Part shown: piece by piece, positions 38,694-47,947 of the stretch
Numbering within the stretch: position 1 is the first letter of the stretch
Layout: every line of letters starts with the position of its first letter
Source of the DNA: Pseudomonadota bacterium
GTDB lineage: Bacteria > Desulfobacterota > Desulfobulbia > Desulfobulbales > Desulfurivibrionaceae
Direction: 5' to 3'
Assembly: GCA_043804705.1 (NCBI GenBank)
Contig: JAZDIS010000427.1
Location: 1-58,733 of the forward strand
Length of the DNA stretch: 58,733 nucleotides
Notes under the pieces: model-generated
What the model saw: the letters and a program-made list of their open reading frames with translations, nothing else
The model's database searches: none
What the model was told of the DNA's origin: nothing
Made by a program: the position numbers and the translations under genes

Positions 38694-39323
38694 ATGGATA
38701 AAGACCGGCAGGCGCGGCTCATTCTTTTTACCCGGTATCCCGAGCCGGGCCGGACAAAAACCCGGCTGATTCCGGCCCTGGGCGCCCAAGGCGCGGCCGC
38801 GCTCCAGCGGCGGATGAGCGAGGCTATTGTCAGCCAAATGACCCAGTTTGCGGCCCAATATCCGGTGCGCCTGGAAATCCGCTATGCCGACGGGAACCAG
38901 CAGGCCATGGCGGCGTGGCTTTCCAGCGACACCCCCTGTCTGAGCCAGGGCGAGGGAGACTTGGGCGCCCGGTTGCGCCGGGCCTTTGCCCAGGCCTTTG
39001 CCCAAGGCTGCCGGCAGGTGGTGGTTATCGGCGCCGATTGCCCCGGCCTCACCCCTGCCCTGTTTGCCCAAGCCTTTGCTGCCCTGGAGAACCAAGAGCT
39101 GGTGCTCGGCCCGGCCATGGACGGAGGCTATTATTTGATTGGCCTCAGCCAGCCCACGCCCGATCTTTTTTCCGATATCCCTTGGGGGAGCGGGGAGGTA
39201 TTGACCGCAACCCTGAAACAGGCGCAGACCCTGAATCTTTCCACCCACTTTCTGGAACCCCTTGCCGATGTCGACCGACCGGAAGACCTGCGACATTTCG
39301 ATTATCATCCCGACCCTCAATGA
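38694..39323 (+). CDS. TIGR04282-type glycosyltransferase-like protein (DUF2064)
   Basis: FTRYPEPGRTKTRL, QGEGDLG.R, IGADCP, LGPA.DGGYYLIG, DVDRPEDL. Confidence 0.9.
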   Translation: MDKDRQARLILFTRYPEPGRTKTRLIPALGAQGAAALQRRMSEAIVSQMTQFAAQYPVRLEIRYADGNQQAMAAWLSSDTPCLSQGEGDLGARLRRAFAQAFAQGCRQVVVIGADCPGLTPALFAQAFAALENQELVLGPAMDGGYYLIGLSQPTPDLFSDIPWGSGEVLTATLKQAQTLNLSTHFLEPLADVDRPEDLRHFDYHPDPQ

Positions 39324-39993
39324 AGCGGGCTGTATTGGTGAAACCGTGGCCGGACTGGTCACGCAGCCTGGGGTGGAGGTGATCGTGGCCGATGGCGGCA
39401 GCGAGGATGAAACCGTACCCCTGGCCAAGACAGCCGGGGCCAGGGTGATAAACGCGCCGCCGGGGCGGGGAAGCCAACAGAACGCAGGATCACGGGCGGC
39501 AGAAGGCAAAATCCTGCTCTTTCTCCATGCCGACACCCGGCTGCCCGATAAATTTTCCGCCCAAATCCATACAGCCCTGGCCCGGCCGGGCGTCGTGGCC
39601 GGGGCCTTCCGCTTCGCCATTGACGCCACAGGCTGGCGGTTCCGGCTCCTTGAATATTGCACCCATCGGCGGGCTGCCTGGTTCGGGCTGCCCTATGGCG
39701 ATCAGGCGCTGTTTCTGCCCGCCGCCCGGTTTCAGGCAATGGGCGGGTTCCGGGAGATTGCCCTGCTGGAGGATGTTGAGCTGGTGCTCCGCTTGGGAAA
39801 AATGGGGCGCATCGCCCTGCTCGCGCCCCCGGCTCTCACCTCACCCCGGCGTTGGCAACGGTTGGGGCTTGTGCGCACAACCGTTATGAATCAGCTGATT
39901 CTACTTGGTTTTTTTTGCGGGCTCAGTCCGGGGCGGCTTGCCCGCTGGTATGGCAAGGTCCGGGAGGACAATGGCAGGGGCCTTGGGAAGTAG
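39268..39993 (+). CDS. TIGR04283-type GT2 glycosyltransferase
   Basis: ISIIIPTLNE, DGGS.D.T, GR..Q.NAG, LFLHAD, PYGDQ, LEDV, TS.RRW. Confidence 0.9.
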   Translation: MSTDRKTCDISIIIPTLNEAGCIGETVAGLVTQPGVEVIVADGGSEDETVPLAKTAGARVINAPPGRGSQQNAGSRAAEGKILLFLHADTRLPDKFSAQIHTALARPGVVAGAFRFAIDATGWRFRLLEYCTHRRAAWFGLPYGDQALFLPAARFQAMGGFREIALLEDVELVLRLGKMGRIALLAPPALTSPRRWQRLGLVRTTVMNQLILLGFFCGLSPGRLARWYGKVREDNGRGLGK

Positions 39994-40473
39994 ATGGCGG
40001 TGCAGGTTCTGGTCCGAGACAAAGGAAAGCAGGAACCCGGAACTTTTGGCCAGATAGGGGGCGGCAAGGGAGTTGGTCATGAGCGGATTGTTATCCGCCA
40101 GCAGCCCGGCGACCACCATAAAGAGAACAGAGGTCAACACGCCCGCCTTGACCAGACCGAAAATCCCGCCCATCAAACGGTCAAACCAGCCCAAAAACGA
40201 AACGCTCATGACCTTTTTGAGCACAAAGCCCAAGGCCATGACCCCGAAAAAAACAGCAAGAAAAAGCAGGGCGTAGGTCACGAGAAAACAGAACTGGGGC
40301 GAGGGAATCACCGAGGAAAGGCGCGGGCTGATCTGCTCGTAATAACGCCCCGCAAAGAGGTAGCCGAGAATGAGCCCCATAAGGGAGGCGAGCTGCCGGA
40401 CAAAACCTATCCAGATGCCGCGGACAAGAAAGATGAATATGATGACGATGAGGCCGAAATCGATTGCGGTCAT
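39901..40473 (-). CDS. cvpA: CvpA family membrane protein
   Basis: IDF..I......RG...GFVRQ, DRLMGGIFG.VK; its 3' end overlaps the GT gene by 93 nt. Confidence 0.85.
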   Translation of the reverse strand: MTAIDFGLIVIIFIFLVRGIWIGFVRQLASLMGLILGYLFAGRYYEQISPRLSSVIPSPQFCFLVTYALLFLAVFFGVMALGFVLKKVMSVSFLGWFDRLMGGIFGLVKAGVLTSVLFMVVAGLLADNNPLMTNSLAAPYLAKSSGFLLSFVSDQNLHRHLLPKAPAIVLPDLAIPAGKPPRTEPAKKTK

Positions 40474-40504
40474 GGTTGATCCCTGGGCTTGGTTTTACGC
40501 GAGC

Positions 40505-40542
40505 GAGACTGCGAAGCAGATGTGGTGCTGCTGAACAGCTAC
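40505..40542. repeat. Repeat family A, right-arm half copy
   Basis: GAGACTGCGAAGCAGATGTGGTGCTGCTGAACAGCTAC is nearly identical to 37795-37832. Confidence 0.8.
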
Positions 40543-40599
40543 ATTCGGCTTACAAAAACTTGTGGCCAAGGGCAAGGATTTTTATGAAAGGAGAGAGCA

Positions 40600-41367
40600 A
40601 TGGCGTTTGCCCAAGCCATTTTTGAAGAATGCTGGCCGCGCTGGCAGCACCATTTTAGCCAGCAGGCCCGGCTGCTGCTTGGCGGGGCATCGCTTGCCGC
40701 CCTATCCGATTGCACGCCCGAGGTGGCCAGCCGGTATCTGAGCGCGGACGAACTGAATCGATGGCTCGGGTTGCGCCTGAAAAAGAGACGTACCGAATGG
40801 CTGGGCGGACGGCTCGCCGCCAAATGCGCGGCTGCCGGACTTCTGGACGAGACCGCAATGGACTGGCGAAAGCTGGTGATCCGAACCGAAGAGGATGGCC
40901 GCCCCTATGTCGCGGCAGAGGCGCACGGAGTGGCCCCGTTCATCTCCATCTCCCATAGCGGGCCGATGGCTGCGGCCCTGGCGGCAAATCTGCCCTGCGG
41001 GCTTGACATCCAGGAATCAGGGGACAAAATCCAGAGGGTCAGGCAACGCTTTGCCGCCCCGGAAGAGGAGGATATCCTGGGCGCCTCCCTGTCCCGTTCT
41101 TTTCCCGAAACCGAACGGCTCACCATGCTCTGGGCAGCCAAGGAAGCAGTGCGCAAAATGGTCCGGACCAGCCCCCTGCTCGGCCTGCTGGAGATTCGCT
41201 TGCTTGCCGGGCATGGCGGGCGAGGCACTCCAGAAGACCCGCTGGCGCTAAGTTTTGCTTCGGGCAGAATGCAGAGTTCCGGCCCTGCACTTATTACCGT
41301 GCTCTGTTTTTTTACGGACAAGCTGGCCTGGGCCATGGCCTGTCCGCCGATGCCAACCAAGGAGTAA
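40600..41367 (+). CDS. Sfp-type 4'-phosphopantetheinyl transferase
   Basis: EWLGGRLAAK, GRP, SISHS, GLDIQ, WAAKEA. Confidence 0.85.
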   Translation: MAFAQAIFEECWPRWQHHFSQQARLLLGGASLAALSDCTPEVASRYLSADELNRWLGLRLKKRRTEWLGGRLAAKCAAAGLLDETAMDWRKLVIRTEEDGRPYVAAEAHGVAPFISISHSGPMAAALAANLPCGLDIQESGDKIQRVRQRFAAPEEEDILGASLSRSFPETERLTMLWAAKEAVRKMVRTSPLLGLLEIRLLAGHGGRGTPEDPLALSFASGRMQSSGPALITVLCFFTDKLAWAMACPPMPTKE

Positions 41368-41370
41368 CCC

Positions 41371-42051
41371 ATGGAACTCATGTCTTTTCTCAAACAGGTC
41401 CCGCTGTTTACCGGCCTGACCACCGAACAGTATGACGAACTGGCCATGATCATCACCCTCCAGGACTATAGCCGGGGACAAAGCATCTTTGCCGAAGGCG
41501 ATCCGGGAACCGGATTCTATGTGGTCATGGAGGGTCTGGTCAAGATTTACAAACTTTCCATGGAGGGCAAGGAGCAGATCCTCCATATCTTCGGACCTGG
41601 GGAGCCCTTTGCCGAGGCCGCCGTTTTCATGGGCTCAACCTTCCCGGCCCATGCCCTGGCCCTGGAAAAAAGCCGGACCATCTTTATCCCGCGCCGCGCC
41701 TTCATCGAATTGATCCAGACCAATCCGGCTCTGGCCATGAACATGCTGGCAGCCCTGTCCATGCGGCTCAAGAAGTTTGCCCATCTGATCGAGGATCTCT
41801 CGCTCAAGGAGGTGCCGGGCCGGGTGGCGGCCCATCTCCTCTTTCTCAGCACCCAGCAGGGGGACAGCGACACGGTGAAGCTCAATATCGGCAAAGCCCA
41901 GCTGGCCAGCCTGCTGGGCACCATCCCGGAAACCCTCTCCCGCATCCTGACCAAGCTCGGCAAACAGGGGTTGATCAGCAGCGAAGGAGCGCAAATCACC
42001 ATTTTGGACCGCGACGGCCTTGAGGATCTGGCCATGGGGGAGAAACTGTAG
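41371..42051 (+). CDS. Crp/Fnr family transcriptional regulator (HcpR/Dnr-like)
   Basis: IF.EGD, G.VKIYK.S.EGKEQIL, F.E.A.F, LASLLGTIPETLSR HTH; no FNR Cys cluster. Confidence 0.9.
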   Translation: MELMSFLKQVPLFTGLTTEQYDELAMIITLQDYSRGQSIFAEGDPGTGFYVVMEGLVKIYKLSMEGKEQILHIFGPGEPFAEAAVFMGSTFPAHALALEKSRTIFIPRRAFIELIQTNPALAMNMLAALSMRLKKFAHLIEDLSLKEVPGRVAAHLLFLSTQQGDSDTVKLNIGKAQLASLLGTIPETLSRILTKLGKQGLISSEGAQITILDRDGLEDLAMGEKL

Positions 42052-42118
42052 AGTGCTGAGGATTGTGACTGATGGATGCCGGCTCTCCACGCCACCTGTG
42101 ATGACGGTTAATCGGCGA

Positions 42119-42224
42119 GTAAGCGTTCAGCAGTGCCACAGATGCTAGGAAGAGGCCTGCGAAGTGTGCTGTCGCACACGAGCGGGGCGATGACAACGCA
42201 GATGTGGTGCTGCTGGACGCTTAC
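42119..42224. repeat. Repeat family A, copy 3
   Basis: GTAAGCGTTCAGCAG...CTGCTGGACGCTTAC terminal inverted repeats between convergent genes. Confidence 0.85.
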
Positions 42225-44338
42225 TACTGTTCCAGCCCGAACTCAAAGGCCATCCCGGTCTTGCCCAGGTGGCCGAGGATATTCTTAAGCCCTTGCAGGG
42301 TGTCCACCTGAAAGTTTATCTGCCAGGCCGAGGTGCGCGACGGCCGACTGGAAAGCAGCTCGATCTCGCTAATCTTCATCTCTTCCGGTGCCACGCCCAG
42401 CATCATCAAAATGCGGTTCCGGGACGGAGCCTCCATGATGAGGATGGTCTGCGGCTTGGGCACCATCGTTTCCTTAAGCCGCCAGCGCACCTCCACCACA
42501 TCCTCCCGCTGGATATTGAGGGAGGTGATGGTGGCGCACTCCTTCTGGTGGATGGAAAGCCCCCGTTCGCTGAGCAGGCCGTACAACCCTTTTTCCGTGG
42601 GCCCCGGGTTGCAACAGCGGGAAAATTTGATGCAAACCGGGTCCAAGGTGGCAAGTTCGATACGGTTCAGGCTACCGGTGGGAGGCAGCAGAGTTTCCCG
42701 GCCCGCGTACAGCCGGTCTTTGATTTCATTGACAAGTTCCCGCAACCGGAATCTGCCCTCACCCAGACCAATAAAGAGATCCGGCAGCTCCCGGGCATCG
42801 AAAGCAGTCAGGATGCTTTCCATGCCCGGTTTTTCCAGGAGATCATAGGGCAGGCCATAGCGTTTGAGCTCCTGAAGCAGAATGCTCTCGCCGATCATGC
42901 GGGCCAACCCCTCGCGCCGCTGGCGGAAAAGCTTGGAGAGCTCCGCCCTGGCCCTGGGAGTCTGGCACCGTTGCTGGATTTCCGGCTCGAAACGCACCGG
43001 CTCTTTCTGGCAGATGATCTCCACCTGATCGCCATCTTCAAGAGGGGCATCGGGCTCCACCAGGCGCTTGCCGATTTTGGCCTTGATGCAGCGCTTGCCC
43101 ACATCCGTATGCACCTTGAAAGCGAAATCCAGCACGATACTGCGAGCGGGCAGTTCAACCGGATCGCCCTTGGGTGTATAAGTGTAGATGGCTTTTTTGC
43201 CGCTGACCGCAATCATCTCCCGGTAGGAGAGATCCTCGTCCGTCCCCAGGATATCGAGCATCTCCCGCAGTTCCACCTCAAAACTGGAAGGCACCTGCTT
43301 ATGGGCAAACCACTCCCGGACCAGGCCGGTGCGGGAGGAGGTGGTCATCTCGGCGGTGCGAATCTTAAACAGGTAATTGCGCCCCTTGATGTTGGCCCGG
43401 GTATGCAGGCTCTGGTAGCCGGTGGCCTTTGGGTTGGCGATAAAATCCCGGATGGTTCGAGGGATGGGCGGATAATTCTGATGGATTACCCCGAGAATCC
43501 GGTAGCAGGTCTGGATATCGTTGGCAACGATGATAAATTCCAGAGAGTTGGCGATGGTTTTGTGCAACACCTTCTGGCCCGGGTCAAAGTAGGCCCAGAG
43601 CCCCTTGGGGTTGAGGCGGATCTCGTGGGTGATCCACACCTCTTTCATCCGCTCCTCAAGGGTGCGCTTGATGGCCAACACCTCTTCGCTGCTCTGCAGC
43701 CGTTTGATGGCTGCCAGCACCTTCTGGCTCTGGCGCGGAAATTTATACATCAGGGCCAGGGTGTAGAGTTCGCGCTTGATGCTGTTCAACCCCATGACCT
43801 TGGCCAGGGGCGCATAGATATCCAGGGTTTCCTCGGCGATTTTCTGCCGTTTGTCCTTAGGCATGGAGCCCATGGTCCGCAGGTTGTGCAACCGGTCGGC
43901 CAGCTTGATCAACAGAACCTCAAGATGGGCCGCGGCCCCGGAAAAAAGCTTGCGGTGGACCAGCTTGTAAAAGGTCTGCTTGTTCCCCGCGAAGTTGGCG
44001 ATCTTGGTGCAGGCATCGACAATGATCTCGATATTCTTGCCAAAGATCTCACCGATCACCTCGCTGGTCACTTCGGGCACATCCTCCACCGTGTCGTGGA
44101 GCACGGCTGCGGCCAGCAACTCCGGGTCGCGGATGTCCAGCTCTTCCACCAGGATTTTCGCCACCTGGAGGGGATGGCTGACATAGGCCTCCCCGGACTT
44201 GCGCCGCTGGTCCTGGTGGGCGGAAACGGCAAAGGAGAGCGCTTCCCAGAAGATCTTGGCCGCCCCGTCCTGCCCGCCAAGAATCTGCTCCATGCGCTCG
44301 CAATAGGCGGCTATATTGAATTTTTTGGAGGAAGCCAT
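42224..44338 (-). CDS. Long RelA/SpoT homologue (HD hydrolase intact, synthetase degenerate, TGS, ZFD)
   Basis: H.DQRRKSGEAY..HP, LHDTVED, KLADRLHN, PK..GYQSLHT, YTPKG...LP.....LDFAF.VHT, CC.P. Confidence 0.9.
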   Translation of the reverse strand: MASSKKFNIAAYCERMEQILGGQDGAAKIFWEALSFAVSAHQDQRRKSGEAYVSHPLQVAKILVEELDIRDPELLAAAVLHDTVEDVPEVTSEVIGEIFGKNIEIIVDACTKIANFAGNKQTFYKLVHRKLFSGAAAHLEVLLIKLADRLHNLRTMGSMPKDKRQKIAEETLDIYAPLAKVMGLNSIKRELYTLALMYKFPRQSQKVLAAIKRLQSSEEVLAIKRTLEERMKEVWITHEIRLNPKGLWAYFDPGQKVLHKTIANSLEFIIVANDIQTCYRILGVIHQNYPPIPRTIRDFIANPKATGYQSLHTRANIKGRNYLFKIRTAEMTTSSRTGLVREWFAHKQVPSSFEVELREMLDILGTDEDLSYREMIAVSGKKAIYTYTPKGDPVELPARSIVLDFAFKVHTDVGKRCIKAKIGKRLVEPDAPLEDGDQVEIICQKEPVRFEPEIQQRCQTPRARAELSKLFRQRREGLARMIGESILLQELKRYGLPYDLLEKPGMESILTAFDARELPDLFIGLGEGRFRLRELVNEIKDRLYAGRETLLPPTGSLNRIELATLDPVCIKFSRCCNPGPTEKGLYGLLSERGLSIHQKECATITSLNIQREDVVEVRWRLKETMVPKPQTILIMEAPSRNRILMMLGVAPEEMKISEIELLSSRPSRTSAWQINFQVDTLQGLKNILGHLGKTGMAFEFGLEQ

Positions 44339-44484
44339 GGATGGTCGCTGTCTTTCTTATCCGCTCATGGGTAATATGGATGATCTGTCCCTGCAAATAA
44401 GGTACAATCGCAGTTGTCAGTTTATTTTATAAGGGTATTTCGTTCTCAGCCCTTGTGCAATGATTTTCCATTTCTTTAAAAAAA

Positions 44485-44671
44485 TGATGGACTCGCAAAA
44501 GGTCCGCCGTACCTCTGACGATGGCCAAGCAATACGCTCGATCTACAAGGCGCGGTGTGCTTTTGCGAATGTGGCCATACATATGGTATTCTTAATGAGT
44601 AAACGTGCGCCACACCGGAACAGCCCGGGCTTTTCGGAGTCCCGCACGCTCACTTACCTGCGACGCCATCA
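44485..44671. repeat. MITE-like element (family C)
   Basis: TGATGGACTCGCA...TGCGACGCCATCA imperfect terminal inverted repeats; related end sequence GACTTTTTTACGAGACC at 56391. Confidence 0.65.
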
Positions 44672-44699
44672 AAAAAAATAGCCGGAGAGAGGCACGCCT

Positions 44700-47024
44700 G
44701 TGACACACAACAGAAGGGGGTTCCACAGCAAAAAACAGGGCAGGCCGGGGAAACGACAGCGCGAAGGCGGCAGCCGGGTGGTGCGGCAACACCAGGAAGC
44801 ACAACTTGAAGGTGAGATTCTCGGCCGGCTCTACACTGCCGGCATGCCGCTTTCCGCGCCTGATCTGCTTGAGGCCTTAGGCTTAAGCAAGAGCCACCGG
44901 CAGGAAGTGCTGGGGGTACTGGAGGATCTCTGCCGGCGCAAGGTGCTTTCCTGCAAACGGGACACCTATGCCCTGCGCAAGAGCGTGGAGCTGTTTGCCG
45001 GCCCGATCAGCGTAACTCCCAAGGGCTATGGCTTTGTTTCGCCCACCGAGGCCCCGGCTGAACTGGAGATCGACCAGGATGTCTTTATCCCGCCCGGCAT
45101 GCTGGGCGGCTCGGCTCACAACGACAAGGTGCTGGTCCAGTTGATGAGCCGCCGCCAGGGCCGTTACGAGGGGCGGGTGATCGCGGTTCTGAACCGGGCC
45201 ACCACCCGGCTGGTCGGGGTCTACATGGCCGGAGGCAATACCGGCCTGGTGACCCCGGAGGACAGCCGCTTCCCCTACAACCTGATCATCCGCAAGGAAG
45301 ACAGCCGGGGGGCCAAGAACGGCGATGCGGTCTTGGCCGAGGTCACCTCCTTTGCCGCCGGACAGCGGAACCTGGACGGCGTCATCCTCGAAGTCCTGGG
45401 CAACCCCAAGGATATCCAAGTGCAGACCGAGATGGTCATCCGCAAGTTCGATCTGCCCCATGTCTTTACCCAGGAGGTGACCGGGCAGGTGGAGGCACTT
45501 GATCCGGAGGTGAAAATGTCCGCCTCGCGAACCGACCTGCGTGGCGTGGTCCACGTGACCATCGACGGGGAAACCGCCCGCGATTTTGACGACGCCGTGG
45601 CCATTGAGCCGCTGAAAAAGGGCTATCGCCTCTATGTCTCCATCGCCGATGTCAGCCATTATGTGCGGCCGCAAACCCCGGTGGATGTGGAGGCTTACCA
45701 GCGCGGCACCAGCGTTTATTTCCCCACCCGGGTCATCCCCATGCTGCCGGAGCGGTTGTCCAACAATCTCTGCAGCCTGGTGCCGGGCGAGGACCGCTAC
45801 ACCTTCACCGCCATGCTTGATTTTGACGAGCACGGCAACCGGCTGGCCAAACGCTTCATGAAGAGCATCATCCGCAGCAAGCATCGCCTCACCTACACCA
45901 TAGTCAAACAGATTCTGACGGACAAGGATGAATCGGTGCGCAGCCAGTACGCCGACATGGTGGAGGATCTGGAACGCATGGGCCAACTGGCCCTGAGCCT
46001 GGAAAGGCAGCGGGTCAAGCGGGGGAGCATAGGCTTCGAACTCCCGGAGCCCCTGATAGTGCTGGGCGAGGACAACACCGTGCAGACCATCAAGCGGAGC
46101 GAGCGCAACCAGGCCCACAAACTCATCGAGGAATTCATGCTGGCCGCCAACGAGGCGGTGGCCGAGGCCCTGGAGCAAGGCAAGATCGACAGCCTCTACC
46201 GCATCCACGAAGCGCCCGACCCGCTCAAGGTGGCCGAGTTCACCGAGTTTGCCCAGAGCATGGGGCTCAATGTCGACGACGGCGGCGGCTCGCCCCAGTG
46301 GTTCGGCAAGGTGCTGGCCATGGCGGTAGGCACCCCCCAGGAGTACATCATCAGCAACCTCCTGTTGCGCACCATGCAGCAGGCCCGCTACTCCCCCCAT
46401 AATCTCGGTCATTTCGGCCTAGCTGCCACCCACTACACCCATTTCACCTCCCCCATCCGGAGGTATCCGGACCTCATGGTCCACCGGGCCCTGGCCGCAA
46501 GCCTGCAGAAAAAGGGATCAACAAAGCCAACCGGTGAGGCGGTGTCCACAGAAGAGTCCGGCGGTTTCCTCTCCAAACGGGAGCGGGTGGCGGTGGAGGC
46601 CGACCGGGAGATGGTGGAGCGGCTCCAGGTCCATTTCATGGCCGAAAGGATCGACGAGACATTTGAGGCCATTATTTCCGGGGTCACCGCCTTCGGCTTG
46701 TTCGTTGAACTGACCGAGGTCTTTGTCAACGGCGCCGTGCCCATCACCGAGATGCGCGATGATTATTATGAACTGGAGCAAGGCCGCCATCGGCTCATCG
46801 GCCAGAGGACCAGAACCCTCTTTCAGATCGGCGACCTGGTCCGGGTGCGCCTTACCAGCGTGGAGATCCCCCGGCGGCGCATCAATTTCGGGGTGGAGGA
46901 AAAACTGGCCCGCGCCACGGACATCTTGGCCGCACCGGCCGCAAGCAAACGCACGAAAAGTGACGGCAGGGGAAGCAAAAAAACCGCCCCGAAAACAAGA
47001 AAACGCCCTGTTTCTGGCAAATGA
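44700..47024 (+). CDS. rnr: Ribonuclease R
   Basis: GYGFV cold-shock domain, TIDGETARDFDDAV, RGTSVYFP, IEEFMLAANE, YTHFTSPIRRYPDL, S1 domain, basic tail. Confidence 0.96.
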   Translation: MTHNRRGFHSKKQGRPGKRQREGGSRVVRQHQEAQLEGEILGRLYTAGMPLSAPDLLEALGLSKSHRQEVLGVLEDLCRRKVLSCKRDTYALRKSVELFAGPISVTPKGYGFVSPTEAPAELEIDQDVFIPPGMLGGSAHNDKVLVQLMSRRQGRYEGRVIAVLNRATTRLVGVYMAGGNTGLVTPEDSRFPYNLIIRKEDSRGAKNGDAVLAEVTSFAAGQRNLDGVILEVLGNPKDIQVQTEMVIRKFDLPHVFTQEVTGQVEALDPEVKMSASRTDLRGVVHVTIDGETARDFDDAVAIEPLKKGYRLYVSIADVSHYVRPQTPVDVEAYQRGTSVYFPTRVIPMLPERLSNNLCSLVPGEDRYTFTAMLDFDEHGNRLAKRFMKSIIRSKHRLTYTIVKQILTDKDESVRSQYADMVEDLERMGQLALSLERQRVKRGSIGFELPEPLIVLGEDNTVQTIKRSERNQAHKLIEEFMLAANEAVAEALEQGKIDSLYRIHEAPDPLKVAEFTEFAQSMGLNVDDGGGSPQWFGKVLAMAVGTPQEYIISNLLLRTMQQARYSPHNLGHFGLAATHYTHFTSPIRRYPDLMVHRALAASLQKKGSTKPTGEAVSTEESGGFLSKRERVAVEADREMVERLQVHFMAERIDETFEAIISGVTAFGLFVELTEVFVNGAVPITEMRDDYYELEQGRHRLIGQRTRTLFQIGDLVRVRLTSVEIPRRRINFGVEEKLARATDILAAPAASKRTKSDGRGSKKTAPKTRKRPVSGK

Positions 47025-47806
47025 GCGAGGCACGGCAGGATAGGGTCCGGGAGCTGATGGCCCAGGTGGCCATTGTTTTGGTCTCCCCAAAGTTTGCCGA
47101 AAATATCGGCTCGGCGGCGAGAACTGCGGCGAACATGGGGATCGGGCAGATCATTCTCGTCTGCCGGGAAATGCCCGACTGCGGCAAGATGCTCCGGCTC
47201 GCCACGGCCAAGGCAGCCCATCTCATCGACAATCTGGAATACCACCAGGAGCTGGGCTGCGCCCTGGCCCCCTTCGGCTGGGTGTTGGGGACCTCGGCCC
47301 GCCAAGGGAGAAAGCGGACCACGGTCAACAGCCCCAGGCAACTCATGGCAGAAGTTCTGCCCCATCTCAAAAACAACCGGGTCGCCCTCCTCTTCGGCCC
47401 GGAAGACCGGGGGCTTTCCAACGAGGAACTCCGCTACTGCAACCAGATCACCACCATCCCCACCATGGATTTTTCCTCCCTCAACCTGGCCCAAGCCGTG
47501 GCCATCCTCTGCCATGAACTCCATTACAGCGTCTTGGACGCGGTGAGCCGAAGCACTTTTCCCCCATCGGTTCCCAGACAGGGAAACAAGCGGGAATTGG
47601 AGGCCCTGTTCACCCATGTGGAAGAGGCGCTCCGGACAATCGGCTTTTTCAAGAACGGGGATGATGATTACTGGATGAAAAACATCCGCCACTTTCTGGG
47701 GCGGATCGGCTTGAAATCAAAGGAAATCAAGATCATCCGGGGGGTCTGCCGACAGCTGCTCTGGCGGGACGGACAAAAAGATTCTGACAAAGGGAAAGAC
47801 GAATAG
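47021..47806 (+). CDS. trmJ: SPOUT RNA methyltransferase, TrmJ/LasT family
   Basis: IVLV.P...NIGSAAR..ANMG, FGPEDRGLSNEEL, SSLNLAQAV. Confidence 0.85.
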   Translation: MSEARQDRVRELMAQVAIVLVSPKFAENIGSAARTAANMGIGQIILVCREMPDCGKMLRLATAKAAHLIDNLEYHQELGCALAPFGWVLGTSARQGRKRTTVNSPRQLMAEVLPHLKNNRVALLFGPEDRGLSNEELRYCNQITTIPTMDFSSLNLAQAVAILCHELHYSVLDAVSRSTFPPSVPRQGNKRELEALFTHVEEALRTIGFFKNGDDDYWMKNIRHFLGRIGLKSKEIKIIRGVCRQLLWRDGQKDSDKGKDE

Positions 47807-47885
47807 CGGGAAAAGAGATGTAGGAAAGCGCCACCGGAGACTTTTCTTAAAACGTAACTGTCCAACTCAGGGCCGGAAAGGTGCG

Positions 47886-47947
47886 GTAACCGTTCAGCAG
47901 CGCCGCTTCGCTGCTGCCGCAGATGCGGTGCTGTGCTGAACGGTTAC
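47886..47947. repeat. Repeat family A, short copy 4
   Basis: GTAACCGTTCAGCA...TGCTGAACGGTTAC abutting the corA stop codon. Confidence 0.85.

Noticed and set aside
39901-39993. 93-nt convergent overlap of cvpA and the glycosyltransferase 3' ends
   Set aside because: Both overlapping tails are low-complexity extensions; most likely neutral stop-codon drift.
42269-44374. 701-aa plus-strand ORF antisense to the RSH gene (similar long shadow ORFs at 18607-19827, 44883-46412, 9358-10497, 51486-52646, 26263-27363)
   Set aside because: Codon-register mirrors of real genes in GC-rich DNA; no recognisable motifs.
37699-47947. Repeat family A as a CRISPR array
   Set aside because: Copies are dispersed kilobases apart with no regular repeat-spacer structure, and there are no cas genes.
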